A stretch of 64,000 nt of DNA from Octopus vulgaris (GCA_951406725.2 OX597824.1:25978001-26042000), one strand, 5' to 3'. Positions 41,581 through 55,534 are shown, counted from the stretch's first letter. The notes: generated by a model not told the origin, from the sequence alone. Numbers and translations are program-made.

Positions 41581-41780
41581 CAGGGTGTCCCAGAAGTCAC
41601 ACACCATTCTGGTTTTCATTAAAACTAATTAAAGCATTTTATTTTTTTCGGCATGTTTTATTGTAGAGGGTGCTCAATTTGAGCATTTGTTACGATTAAT
41701 TTCAATAAAGTGTTTTTGAAATCAATAAGGGTGTATTCTTTTAAAAAACCAGGGTGGTGCACAACTTCCGAGACACCCTG
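41581..41780. mobile_element. Tc1/mariner MITE (200 bp) inserted in a LINE fragment
   Basis: TA|CAGGGTGTCCCAGAAGT...ACTTCCGAGACACCCTG|TA, ~36-bp imperfect TIRs. Confidence 0.85.
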
Positions 41781-42481
41781 TATATCTGCAAACATATCCC
41801 TTTACTTGAATAGGTTATGGTGCCTAAAGAATGACTAGAATATGAAGCATCGCCCACTGCCTTTTCTAGGTGATGTTAGGTTAGTTTTGGCTTGAGTCAA
41901 TTCTGGCTAAGACAGACAGACAGCTAGCTAGTTAGCTAGCTAACTAGATAGATATATAGAAAGATAGACAAATAGATACACACTTTCATACATTTTATTT
42001 GTATTGGACAAATGAAAAGCTGAGATGAGTTTCTAGTAATATTTTGAATTCAAGAATTCTAGCATCTAAAACTCAGACACATAAGAAGAAAAAAAAACTC
42101 ACTATTTCTTGAACATCTTTGCCATATGGCTGGCTATGTTAACAATTCTGCCTGCCAACAAGTGTTCATTTGGCTGCATTCTAAGCCACATCACCACATG
42201 CTGCTTCCTATGAAAGATTATATGTGCGTGTGAGATAAACTGTTTTTATTGAAGTCCTGTGTAAGCAGATCTACAATCACAGACATCCCAGTCATGATCA
42301 GTACTTCTTTCTGTTTACGCACAAAAATATTGCCTAGTGCTCTTCTTCCTCGTTTTATATTCAAAATAGTGCAGTGAGATTTAAGGGAGATTCAGAGGTA
42401 TTTCTAGCATTTTGACCAACCATATAGAAGCTCCTTCACTGGCTCACATTAGATAGAATGTAATTCTTTTATTTTTTTATA

Positions 42482-42677
42482 TTTTACTTATTTCAGTCAC
42501 TTGACTGCAGCCATGCTGGAGCACCACCTTTAGTCGAGCACATTGCCCCCAGGACTTATTCTTTGTAAGCCAAGTACTTATTCTATCAGTCTCTTTTGCC
42601 GAACTGCTAAATTACAGGGATGTAAACACACCAGCATCAGTTGCCAAGCAAGGTTAGGGGACAAACACAGACACATC

Positions 42678-42713
<36 letters not shown>

Positions 42714-42990
42714 GGTGCAGGAGTGGCTGTGTAGTAGTAGCTTGCTTACCAACCACATGGTTCTGGGTTCAGTCGGTAGTCTTCCAGCATGGCCGCAGTC
42801 AAATGACTGAAACAAGTAAAAGAGTATATGACAGGCTTCTTTCAGTTTCCATCTACCAAATCAACTCTCAAGACTTTGGTTGGGCTGAGGCTATAGAAGA
42901 CACTTCCCCAAAGTGTCACTCAGGGGGACTGAACCTGGAATCATGTTGATGGTAAGCAAGCTACTTACTACATAGCCATTCCTGTACCTA
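42482..42990 (-). mobile_element. Family A SINE (-) interrupted by an internally deleted family A copy (+, 42713-42825)
   Basis: Both orientations match the consensus; the insertion sits at the internal (TA)n. Confidence 0.75.
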
Positions 42991-43247
42991 TAAGGTCAGT
43001 GAGTGCCATCCTTTATCACGTAAGCCAGTCTTAGGTACCCATTTCTTTGTTTACATATATATCCTCACACATAAACATATACCCTTTCAAAAGAGAAAAA
43101 AAAAAAAACCAGACACATCTTTCATTCATACAATCAACATACACATTCAGAGATTGTGCCTTCTTTTGTCTTTCCTTCATGAACACATATTGCACTTCAG
43201 TGTACAGAACAATTAAATGATTTCACATAGAAAAAAAACAAAAACAC

Positions 43248-43581
43248 AGACCGTGATCAAAACTCAATGGAAATTGTAGTTGTGATACCAGTGCCGGTGG
43301 CACGCAAAAGAACCATCCAAACGTGGCCATTGCGAGCGCTGCCTCGACTGGCCTCCGTGCCAGTGGCACATAAAAAGCACCAACCGATCGTGGCCATTAC
43401 CAGCCTCGCCTGGCACCTAAAAAGCACCCACTACACTCACGGAGTGGTTGGCATTAGGAAGGGCATCCAGCCGTAGTAACACTGCCAGATCAGACTGGGC
43501 CTGGTGCAGCCTCCTGGCTTCCCAGACCCCGGTCGAACCGCCCAAACCTTGATAGCATGGAAAGCGGACGTTAAACGATGA

Positions 43582-43584
<3 letters not shown>
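43248..43584 (+). mobile_element. SINE family C
   Basis: Consensus match with subrepeats and (GAT)n tail. Confidence 0.85.
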
Positions 43585-43654
<70 letters not shown>

Positions 43655-44794
43655 TAATAATGAAATTATTGTGTATAGTCCTCAAGTACACTACAACTCA
43701 TCAAAAGTGCATGTTCAGCACATAGAATTATGCACAAAAATCAGGAAAGTGAATAGTGTATGAGTCATGACATACATGTGTGCATGGATTGTGTCCTTGG
43801 ACAAGACATTTTATTTCACGTTGCAGCAGCCACTCAGCTGGCAAGAATGAGTCGTACTTGTATTTGAAAAGGCCAGCCTTGTCACACTCTGTGTCACACT
43901 GAATCTTCCTGGGAACTACATTAAGAGTACACGTGTTTGTGGAGTGCTCAGCCACTTACATATTAATTTCATGGTCAGGTCGTTCCATTGATCAGATCAT
44001 CATAACTGACAGGGTACCATACTCCATGGAAACTGGGTAACCAGCCGTGCAAGTCCTGGGCATCAAGAAAATTAAGTGAAAAGACATACTTAGATATGAG
44101 TGAAAACTTCTCATAATACATGAAAGACTAAACCTGGTCATGGTAGAGTAGGTCGTGTCACAATTGACTTCAATTTGATCAAGATAATACAAGTCAAGGC
44201 AAAGTAGACTACTTCAGATGATGACTAATCACCATCATCATCACATGGGTCAGAGGGAGTTTATTGAGGTGGATTTCCAATGGCTGGATGCCCATACTGT
44301 CACCAACCATCACCAGTTTCCGAGTAAGATAATATTTCCTCGTGACCAAACATGTCTTCACAGAAAACCAGAAATAAAGAACACAGCGTGCATGATGGTG
44401 ACACTTGCTTACAACTATAATATCATATCAAGACAAGGAGACAGTAGTACACTCACACACACACACATATATACACACACGCACACCACATACATATATA
44501 AATTCAACTATATAGTAATTCTAAAGGATGATCTTCTATAATGGTCTATGAATATAAACTAAGCAACTTAAAGCTGGTGCGCAGTGCACGGAATCAAATG
44601 ATGTGATCTACTATTAAAGCCTGGTAGCCCCCATTCTTGTATTATGTTATTCTAGTGTGTGTGTGTGTGGTGGGGTACCATGGCTTCTTTAAATTTCTCT
44701 TCACCAAATCTGAACAAGGAAAACATTTGGTTGGAAAGCAAGCTTCTCACCACACAGCTATGCCTGCACCTATATACAATATATATATATATAT

Positions 44795-45090
44795 GGAGGC
44801 GCAATGGCCCAGTGGTTAGGGCAGCGGACTCGCGGTCGTAGGATCGCAGTTTCGATTCCCATACCGGGCATTGTGAGTGTTTATTGAGCGAAAACACCTT
44901 AAAGCTCCATGAGGCTACGGCAGGGGGTGGTGATCCCTGCTGTACTCTTTCACCACTGTTTCTCTCACTCTTTCTTCTATTGGCCTGCTCGCTTAGCCAG
45001 CGGGGTGGCATCATTCGAAGGCTAAAACAATGCGAATGCATTGTGACCAGCGATGTGTAACAACATCTGATGGTCTGGTCGGTCACGTGA
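44795..45090 (+). mobile_element. tRNA-derived SINE, family F, between (TA)n tracts
   Basis: TGGCCCAGTGGTTAGGGC A-box, GTTTCGATTCCC B-box, TTGAGCGAAAACACC CORE-like segment; single copy in window. Confidence 0.75.
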
Positions 45091-45121
<31 letters not shown>

Positions 45122-45342
45122 TAATTTAAAAAATAAATTAATAAATAAAAAAATAAATAAAAAATAAAAATATATAGAAATTTATAAATACAAATTAATA
45201 ATTTTAATTTTAAATTTAAATAATTAAAATTTTTTAATTTTATATTTTACATATTTTGTATTTAATATTAATTATTTTTATTTTCATGTTTTGGTTTATG
45301 TTTTTCACTGTTTGATTTGCCTAATAGTGGTTTTGTCTCTAA

Positions 45343-45378
<36 letters not shown>

Positions 45379-45459
45379 CAATTGCAGCGTGGAAGGTGTT
45401 TATAAGCCATTTAAGAAACACACAAAAGCCGTTCGATTCACTTCAACATTTAAGTTTAA

Positions 45460-45509
45460 TTTGTCAAAATATTTTCGTCGCTAAAATCCGCAACCTGTTC
45501 ACTGACAAA
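45460..45509 (-). ncRNA. Minimal hammerhead-like motif with G3-C8 swapped core
   Basis: tttgtca-GTGAACA-G-GTTGC-ggatttta-GCGAC-GAA-AATATT-T-tgacaaa. Confidence 0.55.
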
Positions 45510-45525
45510 AATCCGTGCTGCATCT

Positions 45526-45574
<49 letters not shown>

Positions 45575-46039
45575 ATCCAATCATGAACAAAGAGAAAACA
45601 CAACAACGCGAGGATGTGGAACAAGTATAGTGTTATTGGACGCTCAGGAAAGGAAAGAGAGATACACACGCACGCACGCACACACACACACACACACACA
45701 CGATAGGTTCCAAACAGTTTCTGTCAACCAGATTCAATAACAAGGCATTAGTGGACCTGGGGTTATAGTAGAAAACGCTTGCATAAGGGGCCAAGCAGTG
45801 GAACTGAACCTGAAACGACATGCTTGCAAAGCAAACTTCTCAACCATAGAGGAAAGCCTGCATGTGGAGTAATTCAAAATAGCTTGATTAACCAACTCCC
45901 AAGTTGGAAATCATTTATGCTAAACACTACATTTCTCAAAATATCCCCCAAATAAGTTTGCAGATACATACTTATTGTTTCACCCACTCCACACTATCCC
46001 AAACAAGTTTGGAAGTGCATGCCCATCTTCATTTCTTCC

Positions 46040-46922
46040 ACATCATCATCATCATCATCATCATTGTTTAGCATCCGCTTTCCATGCTGGCATGGGTTGG
46101 ACGGTTCAACTGGGGTCTGGGAAGCCAGAAGGCTGCACCAGGTCCAGTCTGATCTGGCAATCTTTCTACGGCTGGATGCCCTTCCTAACGCCAACCACTC
46201 TGTGAGTGTACTGGGTGCTTTTTACGTGCCAGACGAGGCTGGCAAACGGCCAAGTTCGGATGGTGCTTTTTACGTGCCACTGGCACGTAATATCCAAAAT
46301 AGCAGACAATGTACACCTGTGCTTGTCCCTCTATCTTTCAATACCTGGCATAAAGCTACCCCCTCTCTCTTTCAAATATTCCCCCACTTAGTCATGGGGG
46401 TCGTTTTCTTTTCCCTTGTTCATGTTCTGCCTCTCAAGTTACTCGGCAACCTCAATAGTGCCAGTAGCATGAAAAAAGCTTGCAATGCACCATGTAAAGT
46501 GTTTGGTGCTAGAAAGGTCATCCAGCCAAAGAAACAATGCAAAAGCTGACACTGAAGCTCAGCACAGCCTTGCAGCTCGTTGGATCCTGTCAGACCATTT
46601 AACCCATTCTTGATGAGAAGCTGATGCTAAATAATGATGATTTATAATTGCCGCTGGACTGGCCCCTGTGCAGGTGGCACATAAAAAGCACCATTTGAGC
46701 GTGGCCGTTGCCAGTACTGCCTGACTGGGCCTCGTGCTGGTGGCACGTAAAAGCACCCACTACACTCTCAGAGTGGTTGGCATTAGGAAGGGCATCCAGC
46801 TGTAGAAACTCTGTCAGATCAGATTGGAGTCTGAGGCAGCCATCTGGTTCGCCAGACCTTAGTCAAATCGTCCAACCCATGCTAGCATGGAAAGCGGACG
46901 TTAAATGATGATGATGATGATG
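46040..46922. mobile_element. Two oppositely oriented family C SINEs (46040-46289 minus; 46648-46922 plus) plus an older copy between them
   Basis: Consensus matches. Confidence 0.8.
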
Positions 46923-47711
46923 AATATCCCAAAATGATTTCTAGAAACATACTCCTAAATTTTTGTACAACATTTCAACAATGTCTTCAGGCACATACTC
47001 TCAACATTTTCTCACAATATCGCAAATTGGTTCTCAGGCACATGCTTGTCATTTTCCTCACACAATATTCTAAAATAAGTCTGGAAACACATGCAAATAG
47101 GTTTCTAATACATACTTCAATTTTCTTCACAATATCCAAAATAATTTTTCAGACACATACTCATAGCTTCTTCCGCTTTGTTTCCAGAAAAATACTTGTC
47201 ATTTTCCCAAAAATTCACAAATAGGCTTCCAGATATATTTTTAATTCATCATCATCACCATTATTTAACATCTGTTTTCCATGCTGGCATGGACTGGACA
47301 ATTCTTTCCACAATATTTCAAACATATTAAGGCAGCGAGCTGGCAGAAACTTTAGCACGCGTTGCAAAATGCTTAGCGATATTTCATGCCTTTATGTTCT
47401 GAGTTCAAATTCTGCCGATGTCGAATTTGCCTTTCATCCTTCTGGTGTCGATAAATTAAGTACCCGTCGCGTGCTGGAGTCGATCTAATAGACTGGCCCC
47501 ATCATCAACATCATCATCATTGTTTAACGTCTGCCTTCCATGTTGGCATGGGTTGGACAGTTTAACTGAGGACTGGCAAGCCAAAAGGCTGCGCCAGGCT
47601 CCAATCTGATCTGGCAACAATTCTACAGCTGGATGCCCTTCCTAATGTTAACCACTCTGAGAGTGTAGTGGGTGCTTTTTACGTGCCATTGGCACACGGG
47701 CCAGTCAGGCA

Positions 47712-48758
47712 ACACATACATATACACATATACATACACATACATATATGCACATATATATATGCACATACATATATGTATATACAGGTTCATTTACACA
47801 CACATATATACATATATATATATATATATATATGTACATATATACATACATATATATACATATATATATATATATGTACATATATACATACATATATATA
47901 CGTACATATATACATACATATATATACGTACATATATACATACATATATATACGTACATATTTACATACATATATATACGTACATATATACATACATATA
48001 TATACGTACATATATACATACATATATATACGTACATATATATACGTACATATATATACGTACATATATACATACATATATACATACATATATATACGTA
48101 CATATATACATACATATATATACGTACATATATACATACATATATATACGTACATATATACATACATATATATACGTACATATATACATACACATATATA
48201 TATATATATATATATATACCTATACATACATATATATATATCTATATATATACCTACATATACATATACGTATATATACCTATATATACATATACCTATA
48301 CATACATATATATATATCTATATATATACCTACATATACATATACGTATATATACCTATATATACATATACCTATATATACCTATATATACATATATATA
48401 TCTATATATACATATACGTATATATACATAAACGTATATATACATAAACGTATATATACCTATATATATACATATATATACCTATATATACATATACACC
48501 TATATATACATATACATATATATATACCTATATATACATATACATATACATATATATACCTATATATACATATACACCTATATATACATATACATATATA
48601 TATACCTATATATACATATACATATATATACCTATATATACATATACACCTATATATACATATACATATATATATACCTATATATACATATACATACATA
48701 CTTATATATACATACATATATATGCCTATACAAACATATATATATTTATACATATATA

Positions 48759-48805
<47 letters not shown>

Positions 48806-48820
48806 CCTATGTATATATAT
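47712..48820. repeat. ~1.1-kb TA-derived compound minisatellite (TACGTACATATATACATACATATA, then TACCTATATATACATA units)
   Basis: Direct. Confidence 0.95.
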
Positions 48821-49228
48821 TAGAGAGTAAAAGTAGGAAAAATTTCATCGCAAAAATCACAGCAGAGACAAGTCCACAATACAAACAATATTGGGCCAAA
48901 AATTTCAGGCCTTGTGCCTAGAGTAGCAAAGAATATTTGAAACAGATTTTCAGACATCAATTTAGATAAAAGCGTGCCTGTGTGGCTAAGATGCTTGCCG
49001 CCCAACCATTTCGACTTGGATTTGGTCCCACTGTGCAGTTCCTTCAAAGACATTAATGTCCATCACTTCTGGATGGGATTTGGGGTACGTTCTTTTGTGA
49101 GTCTTCGACTCTCAGGTGTTTTGACATCTGGTGCTTTGAGGAAGTCGTTCCCATCGTGATAACTTGCAGCCTAGGAGCGAACAAGCAGAACACATACATT
49201 GCGTATGTGTGGTTGATAATATATATAT

Positions 49229-49624
49229 ACTCTTTTACTTGATTCAGTCATTTGACTGCGGCCATGCTGGAGCACCGCCTTTAGTCGAGCAAATCGACCC
49301 CGGGACTTATTCTTTGTAAGCCCAGTATTTATTCTATCGGTCTCTTTTGCCAAACCGCTAAGTGACGGGGACATAAACACACCAGCTTCGGTTGTCAAGC
49401 AATGCTAGGGGGACAAACACAGACACACTAAAACATACACACACATATATATATATATATATACATATATACGACAGGCTTCTTTCAGTTTCCGTCTACC
49501 AAATCCACTCACAAGGCATTGGTCGGCCCGGGGCTATAGCAGAAGACACTTGCCCAAGATGCCACGCAGTGGGACTGAACCTGGAACAATGTGGTTGGTT
49601 AGCAAGCTACTTACCACACAGCCA
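49229..49624 (-). mobile_element. SINE family A
   Basis: Consensus match. Confidence 0.9.
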
Positions 49625-49674
49625 TATATGTAGAAATGATGAACTATCCTGTCAAAGACGATGTATGAGCATGC

Positions 49675-49961
49675 AGCTTTTGCTGACCAACTTGCACAAA
49701 TGATTTATTTATAGTGATCAAATGTTCCTAATAATGTACATTAGCTTAATCTCTCCATCAAATCAATGTTGTCTGAACAGGTGCAAGGTGTACCACACGT
49801 CAGGTGCAAGGTGTGCCACACGTCAGGTGTCAAAATGATCGCAGAGCAATGTGAGATGAACCGTTTTGCTCAAGAACACAACGCATCACTCGGTATAGGA
49901 ATTGAAACTACGATTTCAAGATCATAAGTGCAACACCCTAACTACTAAGCCATGTGCCCTC
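49675..49961 (-). mobile_element. tRNA-derived CORE-like SINE, family H, with internal ~23-bp duplication
   Basis: Homologous to 63838-63967 (+); TTCTTGAGCAAAAC core. Confidence 0.7.
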
Positions 49962-50293
49962 AAATGTATGTGTGTCCATGTGCACCCTTGTCTAGACATA
50001 ACTTGAAGGTGGTAAATGAGCATCATCGTCATACAGGTGAGGTTGTTTGTCTAGCATGTCTAGCTATGGGAAAATATTGCCTTGCTTAGAAAGAAGTGAG
50101 CACTGGCAACAGGAAGAGTATCAAGCTATAGAAAATTGGCCTCAACAAATTCTGTTTAATGTCCACCTTTCTATGCTTGCATACTTTAAGCATGGAAAAT
50201 TGGACATAAAATAATGATGGTTCGTGATTTTTCTCCAATATCCCAAATAGATTTTGAAAGACATACACCAATATAATAGTGTTCATTTGTGTG

Positions 50294-50330
<37 letters not shown>

Positions 50331-50376
50331 TTAGTTCCTCCACACATTTTTTTCTCTCCTTGTTTTTTTCTGTGTA

Positions 50377-50414
50377 TCTTTCTGTCGAAGAGTGTAGGCT
50401 CGAAACGTAAAAGA
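50377..50414 (+). ncRNA. Minimal hammerhead-like motif (core CTGTCGA) in PLE-like fragment 50329-50510
   Basis: tcttt-CTGTCGA-A-GAG-tgtagg-CTC-GAA-ACGT-A-aaaga; A6 is substituted. Confidence 0.5.
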
Positions 50415-50528
50415 CTTTTTCTATTCCTGAGTGCTATACTAATACATTTGTTTGTTTGTACACCACCTGCCTTTGTCTTTTGTTTATTTTCGTAAACTTT
50501 CCCTTTATTATATATATATATATATATA

Positions 50529-50684
50529 GGCGCAGGAGTGGCTGTGTGGTAAGTAGCTTGGTTCCGGGTTCAGTCCCACTGCGTGGCATCTTGGGCAAGT
50601 GTCTTCTGCTATGGCCCCGGGCCGACCAATGCCTTGTGAGTGGATTTGGTAGACGGAAACTGAAAGAAGCCTGTCGTATATATG

Positions 50685-50719
<35 letters not shown>

Positions 50720-50928
50720 TTGTGTGTCTGTGTTAGTTCCCCTAGCATTGCTTGACAACCGATGCTGGTGTGTTTACGTCCCCGTCACTTAGCGGTTCGG
50801 CAAAAGAGACTGATAAAATAAGTACTGGGCTTACAAAAGAATAAGTCCTGGGGTCAATTTGCTCGATTAAAGGCGGTGCTCCAGCATGGCCGCAGTCAAA
50901 TGACTGAAACAAGTAAAAGAGTAAGAGT
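50529..50928 (+). mobile_element. SINE family A
   Basis: Consensus match, small head deletion. Confidence 0.9.
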
Positions 50929-52335
50929 ATATATATGTATCTTTGTCCATATGGATCATAAGAGTATATCCATAAGAATAGTGTCCAGATTTCTGTGCAG
51001 GCATGGTTGTATGGTAAGAAGTTTGCTTCCTAAATACATGGTTCTGAGTTCAGTCACTTTGTTTGACACCTTGGGCAAGTGTCCTTCTATAGCTTCAGGC
51101 CGATCAGTGCCTAGTGAGTGGATTTGGTAGACGGAAACTTAGCAGTTCAGCAAAATAGACCAATAGAATAAGTACCAGGCTTAGAAAAAAATAAACTACT
51201 GGGATAAATTCATTTGACCAAAATGCTTCAAGGTGGTGCCCCAGCATGGCCACAGTCTAATGACTGAAACGAGCAAAACGAAAAAAGATATGAAAAGAGA
51301 TTCTGGATTTGCATGCCAGTTTACCCACCCTACCTTATTATCTTTTATTTGTTTCAGTCCTTGGACTATGGTCGCACCGGGGTACTGCCTTGAAGGGTTT
51401 AGTTGAACAAATTTTCTCTCTTAAGTCTGGTACTTATTCTAAAAACCTCTAAGTTACACAGACGTAAACAAACTAACACCAGTTATCGAGCTATGGTAGG
51501 GACTAATACATGAACACAAAGACACACACACACATTCTATAAAGTGGTTGGTGCCAGGAAGAGCATCCAGCAGTAGAAACCATGCCAAGTCAGACTGGAA
51601 TCTGGTGCAGCCCTCTGACTTTGCCATCTCCAGTAAAACCGTCCAACTCATGCCAGATGGACAATGGACGTTAAACGATGATGATATATATTGACAGAAA
51701 TCCTCACAGTTTCCATCTATCAAATCCAAGCACAAGGTTTTTGGTTGGCCCATGACTACTGTTGAAGACATTTCTCCAAGGTGCCGCACAGTAGGACTGA
51801 ACCCAAGACCGCACAGTGGGGGAAGCAAGCTTCTTACCCACAGCCATGGCTGTGCCTATTGTCACATAGTGAGATCATGTTGGTATGAAAATAAATTAAA
51901 AAAACTCTTCTGATAATGACAATAATGATTGAACATACAAAATTGTGCTAGTGTCTATATGTGTGTACGTGTGAGTGTGTTTTTGTATTATATTTGATGG
52001 CTTAATAAGCTCAAAGTGGTGTCTAGCCATAGGGAAACATTACCTTGCTGGGAAACAGGTAAGAGTTGGCAACAGGAAAGGCATCCGGGCACAGAAAATT
52101 TACCTCAACAGATTCCGTCTACCCCATGCAAGTATGAAAAAAATGGACGTCAAACGACAATGAAAATAATCTGTGCCTAGCTATATAATCATATGTTATA
52201 CAGCACTGCATACAGTTATTATATATAAATATGTGTATATATATATATATATATATCTGAATGTATTTGTGTACGAATGCGTGAAAAATAAAATATTTCT
52301 GTATCTAATCCAATTTGACAATGTAAAAACAGCCG

Positions 52336-52416
<81 letters not shown>

Positions 52417-52514
52417 TGTGTGTATGTGTGTGTGTGTGTGAATATTTGTCAATGAGCTTGGAAAACTTGGCTGTTATTTGTTTTGTTTTTGTATGTGTGC
52501 ATGTAAAAAGTAGG

Positions 52515-52665
52515 AGTCCGATTGGCTAAAATGATTGGAAGAGTATATAATAATGAATAGATGCCGATCTTTCGAACTTTGTACATATAAGATGGCGAAA
52601 TAAACGAGCCCCTGATTGAAAGTGAAAGGTAAACAAAACGATCGATAATATTCGGAAGTAATCGA
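52515..52665 (+). promoter_or_regulatory. Candidate Pol II promoter / short first exon
   Basis: Two ATTGG (reverse CCAAT) at 52521 and 52534, TATATAA at 52544, YY1-like AAGATGGCG at 52589, donor-like AAG|gtaaac at 52628/9, GATCGATA and CGGAAGT (ETS-like) downstream; locally CpG-rich. Confidence 0.4.
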
Positions 52666-52784
52666 CAATAAATGCAGTAACTGTAAAATGCGTTTGATTT
52701 CATTATTTCCTTGTTTTTTTTCGAGAAAAAAAAAATATATTAAACTGAACTAAAATGGTTACAAATATACAGAATATTAATGTG

Positions 52785-52951
52785 TAATATGTATACATAC
52801 ATATATATATATATATATACAAACATATATACAATACATACATACACAAACATATATACAATACATACATACACAGGAACACACACATATAAACACACAT
52901 ACGCATACGTATATATACATACACACACGTATATATATACATACACACACG

Positions 52952-53005
<54 letters not shown>

Positions 53006-53718
53006 AACATATATACAATACATACATACACAGGAACACACATATATACACAGACATACGCATACGTATATATACATACACACACGTATACATATACATA
53101 CATATATATATATACAAACATATATACAATACATACATACACAGGAACACACACATATACACACACATACGCATACGTATATATACATACATACACGTAT
53201 ATATATACATACATATATATATATACAAACATATATACAATACATACATACACAGGAACACACACATATATACACACATACGCATATATACATACACACA
53301 CGTATATATATACATACATATATATATATATATACAAACATATATACAATACATACATACACAGGAAAACACACACATATATACACACATACGCATACGT
53401 ATATATACATACACACACGTATATATATACATACATATATATATACAAACATATATACAATACATACATACACACACGTATATATATACATACATATATA
53501 TATATATACAAACATATATACAATACATACATACACAGGAACACACATATATACACACATACGCATACGTATATATACATACACACACGTATATATATAT
53601 ACATACATATATATATATACAAACATATATACAATACATACACAGGAACACACACATATATACACACATACGCATACGTATATATACATACACACACGTA
53701 TATATATATATACATATC
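52785..53718. repeat. Higher-order minisatellite (~100-bp unit containing ACAAACATATATACAAT..CACAGGAACAC..ACGCATACGT)
   Basis: CAGGAA anchor recurs about seven times at ~90-210 bp spacing. Confidence 0.9.
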
Positions 53719-53932
53719 TACGTGTGGAGAGGGGGGGGGCATACAGGGCTTCCGTACAAGAATTGTCCTGGTATTAAAGCCAACCTCCATATACTAAATG
53801 TACGCTCACACGTATGTCTACTACGGCTGTCTATGCAAGAAGGGCGTGTGAATGTATGTATGTATGTATGTATGTGTGTGTGTGTATGTGTGTGTATGTG
53901 TGGACCTTTAATGGAGTTAGAAACCCGGACGG

Positions 53933-54016
53933 TTTTTTTATAAGGGATCCTTGATGTACGTGGCGGGGGGGAAGTAGGGGTGCGCGCGCGAAGTACGTGT
54001 TGTAAGGCGGGGAGGG
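53933..54016 (-). promoter_or_regulatory. GC-box/TACGTG cluster upstream of a minus-strand TATAAAA
   Basis: TTTTTTTATA 53933-53942 (TATAAAA on minus), GGCGGGG boxes, TACGTG at 53957 and 53994, CGCGCGCG. Confidence 0.3.
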
Positions 54017-54041
54017 CAGATACCATAAATAAAAATGAATG

Positions 54042-54077
<36 letters not shown>

Positions 54078-54139
54078 TGCTTGTATGAGAGTTTAATAAG
54101 AATGTATGAATGTGTGGAGGTATGTGAGACATACATACG

Positions 54140-54177
<38 letters not shown>

Positions 54178-54183
<6 letters not shown>

Positions 54184-54309
54184 GTCCCCCAAAAAATGTA
54201 TACACATAGTGGTTCGGCCAAAGAGAACGATAGAATAAGTACTAGGCTTACAAAGAATAACAAATTTACAATTATTTAAGGTGTGTATACATTTTTTGGG
54301 GACACCCTG
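54178..54309. mobile_element. Small Tc1/mariner MITE with internal family A SINE fragment
   Basis: TIRs AGGGTGTCCCCCAAAAAATGTATACACA / TGTGTATACATTTTTTGGGGACACCCT; 54207-54260 matches the family A 3' body. Confidence 0.75.
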
Positions 54310-54716
54310 TATATATGTGCGTGTGTATGTGTATATAGAGATCAACAGAGTATGTATGGCATATGCGTATACTCTTTCTATGTATGTGTGTGAGTTGTTT
54401 AGCCATGGGCCAAGATTCATTGAAATAAACTTATGATGCCAAAGGCACGCCAGTGGTGACCATTCCGTTTTATTTGGAGAATGATTTGTTTTACGATTAC
54501 ATTATCTAATATCTTCCATCCTCTTCTCTTTAAGACGGTGGGTAAGGTATCATTTGCGGAAGATTTCAAGATTCCACTTGCTAATTCTACCATTTCGCAT
54601 GACCGACCACATTGAAGTTCCCTAGTTTGTGCTGTGTGTATGTATGTATGTATGTATGGCAGTATATAGTTATGTATACGTGTATCTATCAGTGTGCACA
54701 TATTAGTGTATTGGTA

Positions 54717-54759
<43 letters not shown>

Positions 54760-54973
54760 GTATAGACATAGATACAGATATACATACACATATTACATGT
54801 TAGTTTCAGCGCGCGGGTGCACACACACACACACACACACATATGTATCAATGCAAGTATGGTAATGTCGGTATACATATTAGAGTATAAGTTATGAGTA
54901 TACATATATGTATCTATGTATAAATGACTAATGTCATATATATTTATGTATGTACATATATACATGTGGTTAT

Positions 54974-55026
<53 letters not shown>

Positions 55027-55473
55027 TCGTAATATATACATATATATGTTCCTCTTTCTCTTGATCCACTGTTATTTAGCCCTGATCGTCAAAGACTTTC
55101 CAACAGTGACCATCCATTCTTGTCTTTTCATCTATCCAAGACATGATGCAATATATTTTCTTTTAGTCGGTAGAATGCAATCTGGCGGCGGGGGGGAGGG
55201 GGGAGGGCTGATATGCGGCTGTTACTTTCAGCAAGTCGTGCGACTGGTATAAAGGATGATACCTCGTTGGTTCGTGTGCGTGTATGTGTGTAAATATATA
55301 TATATATATATGTATATATATTTCTCATTCTTGCTACCATCTACTTCCATCTACTTCCTCCAAATCTAGAACGGCAGCACAGAACACAACTGAGATACAA
55401 GCAAACTATCCTATAGACCAGACGATAAGTAAAGAATGAATGCGTATCGTATGGTAGAAATAGGTAGACACAG

Positions 55474-55534
<61 letters not shown>

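Noticed and set aside
45113-45290. Almost pure A/T stretch with loose mirror symmetry
   Set aside because: Low complexity beside (TA)n; may be degraded repeat or base-calling noise.
47668-48823. Long ORFs (up to 383 aa) rich in Y/I/H/T
   Set aside because: Stop-free read-through of TA/CA minisatellite; the same applies to 26675-27079, 52703-53943 and 60802-61396.
55183-55254. GC box plus TATAAAG promoter-like arrangement
   Set aside because: Falls within a reverse-oriented family E repeat copy, so the motifs are probably incidental.
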